Source of the DNA: a virus
Taxonomy: Duplodnaviria > Caudoviricetes
DNA: 32,723 nucleotides
Direction: 5' to 3' (one strand)
Virus record (IMG/VR): IMGVR_UViG_3300007863_000008
Coordinates: 1-32,723 of that record
Shown: in pieces, positions 7,516 through 13,514 of the stretch
Layout of the letters: the number at the start of each line of letters is the position of its first letter
Position numbering within the stretch: position 1 is the stretch's first letter
The notes under the pieces: generated by a model
The model's input: the letters and a program-made list of their open reading frames with translations, nothing else
Told to the model about the DNA's origin: nothing
Databases searched by the model: none
Made by a program: the position numbers and the translations under genes

Positions 7516-8028
7516 TTATTCCTTAGTATCTCTAAGAAAATCTTCTATTTCGTCACTCATGTGATTTGTATGCTTAATAACAGCATTTTCTGTAAGTGTA
7601 TTAAGCTCATCTTCGTCATCGATTAAGCTAGCTTGTATAGCTGTTGGCTCTAACAATATCCAGTCTGAAAACAAACCTTTATCATCAAGAAATTCAGCAA
7701 ATTTAAGCACTGTTTCTTTATCAAATTCGTCTTCGTCAGGTAAAATACCTGGGTATCTAGTCATTGTTTCTGCTTTAACAACAGTGTCAATTTTGATAGC
7801 TCTAGCAATAGCTTGTTCTAATGAACTTGCTTCTACTTCGTATCGATTAGCTATACCATTTTCTATATCTAGTTCTTTATCATCATCTATTTTTTCAAAC
7901 ACTTGTTGTCTGAAATATGATATTTGTACTTGATACTTTTTTAATGGTTTGTTTTGAACCTTAATTAAGTGTCCATGCATAATATTCCTTTCGTTGCTCT
8001 GCCACAGAGAGTAACGGAAGGAATGCAT
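7516..8028 (-). CDS. acidic hypothetical protein with two in-frame candidate starts (8028 and 7980)
   Basis: ORF track. GGGAGG precedes ATG 8028 and GAAAGGAA precedes ATG 7980; contains YEVEASSLEQAI. Confidence 0.8.
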   Translation of the reverse strand: MHSFRYSLWQSNERNIMHGHLIKVQNKPLKKYQVQISYFRQQVFEKIDDDKELDIENGIANRYEVEASSLEQAIARAIKIDTVVKAETMTRYPGILPDEDEFDKETVLKFAEFLDDKGLFSDWILLEPTAIQASLIDDEDELNTLTENAVIKHTNHMSDEIEDFLRDTKE

Positions 8029-8251
8029 ATAACATTCCTCCCATACTCAATGCTATCTTACACAGGGCATTATGTATTTTATAGATAGCTCGTAACACAC
8101 AATTGGTAGGAATCCAACCTACAAAGCGACCATACTTTCGTATTCGCTATACGCATTTACTTTTATGTGTTACAAGCTACGTACGTGTAACAACCTAGAC
8201 GCTGGCTATAAAGGGGAACTAAATAGCCAGCTTGGACACATGGTCTAGGTT
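7985..8251 (-). ncRNA. putative structured RNA / cis-regulatory leader (~265 nt)
   Basis: 18-bp helix 8085-8102/8163-8180 (G-U pairs on the minus strand) enclosing a GAAA-loop hairpin (8126-8147) and a 5-bp/7-nt hairpin (8106-8122); nested 9+9 bp hairpin 8192-8251; further hairpins 8052-8089, 8016-8042 and 7985-8023. Confidence 0.6.
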
Positions 8252-8397
8252 TTATAAAGTTGTCTGATTCGGGCAGGAATGACAACTTTAATATTGCATT
8301 TTGCACAACAAACACCAATAGATACAGGTTCTGCATTATTGGTATATTCATTGTGTATGACTTCGTCACATAACCAACATGTAAATGAATCAGGCAT
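8245..8397 (-). CDS. Cys-rich zinc-binding microprotein, 50 aa (MPDSFTCWLCDEVIHNEYTNNAEPVSIGVCCAKCNIKVVIPARIRQLYKT)
   Basis: Hand-translated. CxxC...NNAxP...GxCCxxCN..VxPAR is a recurrent small phage protein pattern; overlaps the upstream stop. Confidence 0.8.
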   Translation of the reverse strand: MPDSFTCWLCDEVIHNEYTNNAEPVSIGVCCAKCNIKVVIPARIRQLYKT

Positions 8398-8623
8398 AAT
8401 CATCTGGTCCAATTACATCTAACATAGACTTACAATATATACTTGGTCTATGTACGGTGAACTCTATGTCACCGTCATTAGGTATAAGACGAACCATTGC
8501 ATCTATTTGTGCAACAGCGTCATCTACGTCAGTATCATATCCAAAATGAAAATCAACAGTTAAGATATTATCTTTTTGTCTATAGTCTTGATTTTCAAAT
8601 ACATATACATCATGTTCTTTCAT
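8390..8623 (-). CDS. hypothetical protein, 77 aa
   Basis: ORF track; ATGA coupling with the upstream gene. Confidence 0.75.
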   Translation of the reverse strand: MKEHDVYVFENQDYRQKDNILTVDFHFGYDTDVDDAVAQIDAMVRLIPNDGDIEFTVHRPSIYCKSMLDVIGPDDYA

Positions 8624-8790
8624 AATGTATCTGTATCGTATACGTTACTGATAACTGAATCTAAATCCATAAGCTTAGTTACAATAGCTTTATCAAGCTC
8701 GCTCATGTTTTGCATGGTGTTTTTAATACCCTCAAGTATCAAAACTATTTCAGTTAATTTTATATCAAGTTCATCTAATTTACTTGTCAT
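8620..8790 (-). CDS. small coiled-coil protein (start revised to 8790, MTSKLDELDIKL...)
   Basis: AGAAAGG RBS precedes ATG 8790; heptad-like Leu/Ile pattern. The ORF-track start at 8829 overlaps another gene. Confidence 0.7.
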   Translation of the reverse strand: MTSKLDELDIKLTEIVLILEGIKNTMQNMSELDKAIVTKLMDLDSVISNVYDTDTL

Positions 8791-8792
8791 TA

Positions 8793-8912
8793 TTACCTTT
8801 CTATATATTCTGGGTAGCATGGTTCGCAATAGTGTTTGTTATTAATTTCTCCACCACCATTATGTGTATGTGAATATCTACCACAACCTTCGCATAATAA
8901 CCAACCACCCAT
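8793..8912 (-). CDS. zinc-finger microprotein, 39 aa (MGGWLLCEGCGRYSHTHNGGGEINNKHYCEPCYPEYIER)
   Basis: Hand-translated; TAATG coupling at 8912; CxxC...YCxxC. Confidence 0.75.
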   Translation of the reverse strand: MGGWLLCEGCGRYSHTHNGGGEINNKHYCEPCYPEYIER

Positions 8913-9109
8913 TAGCTATTTTTCTTATCAACAGCTTTGCTTATTTGATAACTTACTGCTTCGTGAAGCATTGCACAATGATTGCCTATTTGTGTTTTAG
9001 CTCTATCATCATTACTCCAAGCTTGTAAGTCATTAAGTGTCCACTGAATAACTTGTCTTAACTCATCTACATCAAGTGTATTGAGTTTATTATTTAATGT
9101 AATATTCAT
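8912..9109 (-). CDS. hypothetical protein, 65 aa
   Basis: ORF track; GAAAGGAA RBS. Confidence 0.8.
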   Translation of the reverse strand: MNITLNNKLNTLDVDELRQVIQWTLNDLQAWSNDDRAKTQIGNHCAMLHEAVSYQISKAVDKKNS

Positions 9110-9126
9110 AGTTTCCTTTCACTTTA

Positions 9127-9164
9127 TATATATTACGTTCGCCCGAAAACGAACGTAATATATA
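9127..9164 (-). promoter_or_regulatory. perfect 15-bp inverted repeat; on the minus strand extended by two U-G pairs to a UUCG tetraloop
   Basis: tatatattacgttcg / cccgaaaa / cgaacgtaatatata. Confidence 0.75.
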
Positions 9165-9173
9165 AATATTTAA

Positions 9174-9509
9174 CTATTCTACAACGTTACCGTCATAATC
9201 ATCATCTAAATCATCTTTAAATGAACCTGTGTCAACAGTACTAGCCATAGCTAGTTGTTTTTCTACATTCTCTTTACCTTTAAGAGATGTAGGACTTGCA
9301 TCATGCAATTCCCACAGTTTAGATTGTGCGTCAGCAATGATACGCAGTTGCTCTGCAACTTCAGTATCAGTTTTATCAAGGTGTAAAAAGTAAGGTCTAC
9401 TTTTACCTTGAGTTGCTGAATAGCCATGAGTGACAGCCATTTGACTCCACTCAGTCAGTTGTGCGCCTGTTTGCGCACAGATTACCTCGTAAGGTACGTT
9501 ACTTGCCAT
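9174..9509 (-). CDS. hypothetical protein, 111 aa, acidic C-terminus; probable distant paralogue of 10528-10833
   Basis: ORF track; AGAAAGGA RBS; shares LHxD...LxELHxxSxT with the 10833 gene product. Confidence 0.8.
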   Translation of the reverse strand: MASNVPYEVICAQTGAQLTEWSQMAVTHGYSATQGKSRPYFLHLDKTDTEVAEQLRIIADAQSKLWELHDASPTSLKGKENVEKQLAMASTVDTGSFKDDLDDDYDGNVVE

Positions 9510-9515
9510 AATATA

Positions 9516-9624
9516 TATCCTTTCTATTATGTATCATCTATGTCTTTCATAGATAAATTTTTCTTTCACACCACGCTCTGAAAGAAAATATTTAGCTAAA
9601 GACATAGTTATACAAGAAAGGATA
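9516..9624 (-). promoter_or_regulatory. long RBS-sequestering leader hairpin
   Basis: Three 10-bp helices: 9516-9525/9615-9624 (contains the RBS), 9538-9547/9598-9607 and 9559-9568/9579-9588. Confidence 0.75.
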
Positions 9625-9628
9625 GTTA

Positions 9629-9847
9629 TCAAGTAGTACCTACTAGAGTTCGTGAACCCCATGTATCAGAATCAAATGGTTCGTTATGGTATTCATCTAT
9701 TAGATTTTTAAATACTACCCATGCATATGTTAATTCCATATTAATTCTATAGTCTAAGCATTCTGCACTACAGTAATACCAGTTATTATGTCTAATAACT
9801 TTATTTTTATTTACATTATCATTAAAACATTCTGAACATTTAATCAT
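9629..9847 (-). CDS. CxxC...YCSxxC (TRASH/treble-clef-like) zinc-binding protein, 72 aa
   Basis: CSEC...YYCSAEC; GGAGG RBS; ATGA coupling. Confidence 0.75.
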   Translation of the reverse strand: MIKCSECFNDNVNKNKVIRHNNWYYCSAECLDYRINMELTYAWVVFKNLIDEYHNEPFDSDTWGSRTLVGTT

Positions 9848-10137
9848 ATTAATCTTCCTCCTGCATAACTACCTGTATGCCATTCTGGGCCATTAGCCCA
9901 GATGTATTGGTTATACTCATACATGGTGATTGGTTTATAACAATTACATAATCTTTCAGGACTTTCTGAATACATAAACTCTATATCAGCACTTGCTTCG
10001 TGCAAGGCTGATAAACCTATGTATTTAGCGTCCTGACTCATGTAATTGTCATTACTAGGTATCATAGGGTAACCGTCAATATCCTGGACTGAATACATTC
10101 CAGTCCAGTCAATTGGTTTACCAATTACATCAGTCAT
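9844..10137 (-). CDS. hypothetical protein, 97 aa
   Basis: ORF track; ATGA overlaps at both ends. Confidence 0.75.
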   Translation of the reverse strand: MTDVIGKPIDWTGMYSVQDIDGYPMIPSNDNYMSQDAKYIGLSALHEASADIEFMYSESPERLCNCYKPITMYEYNQYIWANGPEWHTGSYAGGRLI

Positions 10138-10325
10138 TTTTCTAACACATCCTTAACAGCTCTGTTAAGAGTTGTACCAAATGCACTTATTTTATATAAT
10201 TTATAATTATCAAGTACTTTTTGTACATGTTCATTATATTCATCTGGTGTTAGATGTGGTTTGACAATTAGACACGCGTCATATAGACGCGTTATTTCGT
10301 CAAACAATTGTTTTTGTGTAGCCAT
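10134..10325 (-). CDS. hypothetical protein, 63 aa
   Basis: ORF track; GAAAGGAG RBS. Confidence 0.8.
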   Translation of the reverse strand: MATQKQLFDEITRLYDACLIVKPHLTPDEYNEHVQKVLDNYKLYKISAFGTTLNRAVKDVLEK

Positions 10326-10410
10326 AATTAGCTCCTTTCAATTTTCTTTTAGATATTTCATGTGGACAAGTACAACTAATTAAATGATAATTGTTTGTAC
10401 AATAACTCAT
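10300..10410 (-). CDS. Cys/His-rich microprotein, 36 aa (MSYCTNNYHLISCTCPHEISKRKLKG...)
   Basis: Hand-translated; AAGGAG RBS; TAATG coupling. Confidence 0.55.
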   Translation of the reverse strand: MSYCTNNYHLISCTCPHEISKRKLKGANYGYTKTIV

Positions 10411-10499
10411 TATTTACACTCCTTAAGATATAAACCTGCGCGTGCAAATTTATATCTAATTCGTGTAATTTGGTACTTATGTATTATATATTTAATCAT
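10410..10499 (-). CDS. basic microprotein, 29 aa (MIKYIIHKYQITRIRYKFARAGLYLKECK)
   Basis: Hand-translated; GAAAGGAA RBS at 10503-10510; stop overlaps the next ATG. Confidence 0.55.
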   Translation of the reverse strand: MIKYIIHKYQITRIRYKFARAGLYLKECK

Positions 10500-10527
10500 A
10501 TATTCCTTTCTTGAAGGTAAGTGAAGC

Positions 10528-10833
10528 TTATGCTTCACTACCTTCAAATAATGATAATTGCTTAATATTATCAATTTGTTTTTGTAATTTAGGCAACTCT
10601 TTTAATTTACGTGCAATATAGGTTTTAGATTCCTTATGCAGTTCAATTAAGTTCGGCTTGCCTCCAGCTGTCGGTTGTGCAACACAGTCGCCGTGTAGGT
10701 ACGACTTCCATGTTACCCAGCCCTTCTGTGGTCCGAAGTAGCTTTTTATAGGGTGTCTTTCGTCTGGAAATACTTCGTTATGACATATGCCACAATCGAT
10801 AGTATTTACCCATTTAGTATATTCAGTATCCAT
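10528..10833 (-). CDS. first gene of the leftward arm: Zn-binding (CxxC...HxxC) protein with C-terminal QLSLF motif, 101 aa (start revised to 10833)
   Basis: GAAAGGA RBS precedes ATG 10833 (MDTEYTKW...); CGIC...LHGDC; KQLSLF near the C-terminus. The upstream extension in the ORF track coincides with a hairpin. Confidence 0.8.
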   Translation of the reverse strand: MDTEYTKWVNTIDCGICHNEVFPDERHPIKSYFGPQKGWVTWKSYLHGDCVAQPTAGGKPNLIELHKESKTYIARKLKELPKLQKQIDNIKQLSLFEGSEA

Positions 10834-10923
10834 ATTTTCTTGTCCTTTCGTATGAATTTTCTGTCTTTCACACCTGCCAAGACAGATAAATTTTAGTACG
10901 AAAGGACTTAGAAAATAGGATAC
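10826..10923 (-). promoter_or_regulatory. long leader hairpin sequestering the RBS and start codon
   Basis: Helices 10842-10852/10897-10907 (11 bp, RBS), 10833-10840/10910-10917, 10826-10831/10918-10923 and 10861-10867/10879-10885. Confidence 0.75.
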
Positions 10924-11009
10924 GAGAATATCTATGGGTAATACTAGATTGGCATTGACATACAAGTATGACAGACCAAGACGCACTCGAAAGCCTCGGC
11001 GACAAAGGT

Positions 11010-11078
11010 CTGTAACATTAAGTTATCCTCACTGTACTGTTAGCACAATACAGTAGAGGCAAGTAACTTAATGTACAG
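11010..11078. repeat. long imperfect inverted repeat
   Basis: acattaagtta 11015-11025 / taacttaatgt 11064-11074, cctc/gagg, actgta/tacagt. Confidence 0.75.
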
Positions 11079-11110
11079 CTGGAATGTAACTCATTGTACG
11101 GATAACACTG

Positions 11111-11323
11111 TAGTTATATATAGTATCCATATCAGTACAGAGTCATATCAATACACTACATATGGTATTAAATCAATAGAGGATACTATATATAGTAGTC
11201 ACTTTACCGTAAGGTAAAGACACTCAGTACATACATACAATATATAGTATGACTACTGTAGGACTTTAGTACTGAGTGTTGTTTGACTACCCAGTGTTAA
11301 CCTTGACGTTGCTTATATAGTAT
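11111..11323. promoter_or_regulatory. array of five 16-bp quasi-palindromic boxes (ATACTATATATAGTAT-like; NrdR-box-like)
   Basis: Copies start at 11111, 11153, 11183, 11235 and 11308; a further copy lies at 3761-3776. Confidence 0.55.
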
Positions 11324-11539
11324 GTAAGGCTAAAAATATATGCTGGTAATTTCTGTAATACTGTAGGTGGCTACAGTCTTTTTAGGCACTAGCGGGCATT
11401 AGTAATTGTGTGCCTAATCAAACGCTTTCTAATGTCCTTGGGTACTGCTTTTGTCTTTCTAGTGTACTGTCTTGCCAGTCAGCAGCTTTCTACATCCCGA
11501 TTGCACCTTCACCTGTAACAAATTACTTGTGTTTGATGT

Positions 11540-11568
11540 TTGTATTTGAGAGTATAGTACCATATAAT
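11540..11568 (+). promoter_or_regulatory. sigma70/SigA-like promoter TTGTAT-N17-TATAAT for the structural arm
   Basis: TTGTAT at 11540-11545 and TATAAT at 11563-11568, 35 nt upstream of the terminase ATG. Confidence 0.7.
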
Positions 11569-11603
11569 TAGCACTACGCAAACATCTACAGAAAGTTAGT
11601 TAA

Positions 11604-13514
11604 ATGGGTCAAAATGTTGTATGTATAGCTCAAGGCTGTAGGAAGCGATTAAGTGGGAAGCAAAGGAAATTTTGTTCACCTACCTGTCAAAAGAGACAGT
11701 TCGCAGCCGACAAGCGACATAATGACAAGGTTGAGAAACCAATTAACCGTGAACTAAAATCTGATGATGGCGACTACGCTAGTGTTAGACGAGGTACGTA
11801 TTACCGAGCTTTCGTAAGTGAAGGATACGCCGAGTTACTAGCTAATGGAGACATTAGTGTAGCTGAGGTATCTTTACTCCTTGAGACTAGCTCGGCTACC
11901 GTCTCTAGAATGGCAGCTGCCTATAAAATTGACACCAGGAACTCCATCGCTGCTGACGGATGGGAAATATCTGAAGAAGCACAAAAGAGTTTAGAGAATT
12001 TTTCTAGCTTCCGCGAAAAATATTTTCGTACGGAACTAGGTAAGAAGTATGAAACAGCCCCCTTTCATACTAATTGGATAAATAACATTATAGATTCTAT
12101 TAATAACGGTAAAGAATTATTAATATTAAGCCCCCCAAGACATGGAAAGACAGAACTGTTAATACATTTTGCTGTGTATCAGATATGCAAGAATCCAAAC
12201 TTACGTATTATGTGGGTAGGTGGAAACGAAGATATAGCTAAAAATGCTCTTAGCGCAGTCCTAGACGTGCTTGACACGAACGAAGAACTTAGAGAGGCAT
12301 ACTGTCCCCCAGGTACATCTTTTAAACCAGATAACCGTTCTGGTAAGAACTGGTCACAGAATCAATTTACTGTAGGTACAAGAACTGTAGCTGGTATTAA
12401 ATCACCAACTATGGTTGCTGTAGGTAAAGGTGGAAAGATATTATCTCGTGACTGTGACTTGATTATTGCAGATGACATTGAAGACCACCAAACTACTATG
12501 CAGGCAGGTGCAAGAGAATCTACAAGACAATGGTGGACAACAACATTATCTTCACGTAAAGAGGAACACACAGCTGTTGTAGTAATTGGTTCAAGACAAC
12601 ACCCTGATGATTTATATAACCATCTTTTAGAGTCAGATAATTTTACTTCTATAGTTGAATCTGCACACAAACTAGAATGTGAACTACCAGAACATACAAG
12701 TGAAGTACATACTGATTGTATGCTATGGTCTTCTAAACGTTCACACAAATGGTTAATGTCTAGATTACATTCTGCTGAATCAACAGGTGGTAGGCAGATA
12801 TTCGAGATGGTGTACTATAACCAAACATACATAGAAGGTACACAAATTTTTACTATGAATATGGTTGACCAATGCATGCGACCTGATTTAGTTATGGGAC
12901 AACATTATAGAAATTTACATTTAGTAGCTGGACTTGACCCTGCATCATCAGGATTCCAAGCATCAGTACTTTGGGGTATAGATGCATATAGAGGCGAATT
13001 ATTTTTAGTAGATTTAGAAAATAGGCAAGGGGGCGGAGTAAGGGCTGCACTTGACCAAATGTCAGATTGGTTACACAAGTATGATTGTCGTCAATGGATA
13101 GTAGAAGAAAACGGTTTTCAAACTGCTATACGTCAAGATGATAAAATAAAAGAATTTACATTACGTAGTGGTATTCAGTTACAAGGACACCTAACAGGTA
13201 AAAACAAGCATGACCCACTATATGGTGTAGGTGCAATGGCTGATTTGTTTGAAAATAGAAAAATACATTTACCTACAGGTGATTCAGAAAGTAGTGCTAA
13301 AATACAAAAATACAGACAACAGTTGTTATACTTTGATGGTAAACCTGTTTCAAAGCGAAACAAGGAAAAAACTGATATAGTTATGGCTAGTTGGTTTCCG
13401 ATGAAGGTATTTAGACGTATGCAAAAAGAACGTCTAGCTGATGTTGGAACAGATTACGAACCAAGTTATGGAGATTTTAAATTAACTAATATGAATGATG
13501 CACCATGGGGATAG
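11604..13514 (+). CDS. terL: terminase large subunit with N-terminal Zn-finger and HTH extension
   Basis: Walker A PPRHGKT, Walker B LIIADD, coupling motif IGSRQHPDDL, nuclease motifs GLDPA, VEEN and DIVMASW. Confidence 0.93.
   Translation: MGQNVVCIAQGCRKRLSGKQRKFCSPTCQKRQFAADKRHNDKVEKPINRELKSDDGDYASVRRGTYYRAFVSEGYAELLANGDISVAEVSLLLETSSATVSRMAAAYKIDTRNSIAADGWEISEEAQKSLENFSSFREKYFRTELGKKYETAPFHTNWINNIIDSINNGKELLILSPPRHGKTELLIHFAVYQICKNPNLRIMWVGGNEDIAKNALSAVLDVLDTNEELREAYCPPGTSFKPDNRSGKNWSQNQFTVGTRTVAGIKSPTMVAVGKGGKILSRDCDLIIADDIEDHQTTMQAGARESTRQWWTTTLSSRKEEHTAVVVIGSRQHPDDLYNHLLESDNFTSIVESAHKLECELPEHTSEVHTDCMLWSSKRSHKWLMSRLHSAESTGGRQIFEMVYYNQTYIEGTQIFTMNMVDQCMRPDLVMGQHYRNLHLVAGLDPASSGFQASVLWGIDAYRGELFLVDLENRQGGGVRAALDQMSDWLHKYDCRQWIVEENGFQTAIRQDDKIKEFTLRSGIQLQGHLTGKNKHDPLYGVGAMADLFENRKIHLPTGDSESSAKIQKYRQQLLYFDGKPVSKRNKEKTDIVMASWFPMKVFRRMQKERLADVGTDYEPSYGDFKLTNMNDAPWG

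Noticed and set aside
8106-8122. tRNA or tmRNA gene suggested by a T-arm-like hairpin
   Set aside because: The loop is UUGGAUU rather than UUCGAN, and no acceptor, D or anticodon arms can be drawn.
8163-8369. 68-aa ORF in the track
   Set aside because: It overlaps a more convincing Cys-motif ORF (8245-8397) in another frame and the structured region.
10834-10986. N-terminal extension of the 152-aa ORF
   Set aside because: The strong RBS sits before ATG 10833, and the extension coincides with the leader hairpin.
11111-11323. CRISPR array
   Set aside because: Repeats are short and degenerate with irregular spacing, and there are no cas genes.
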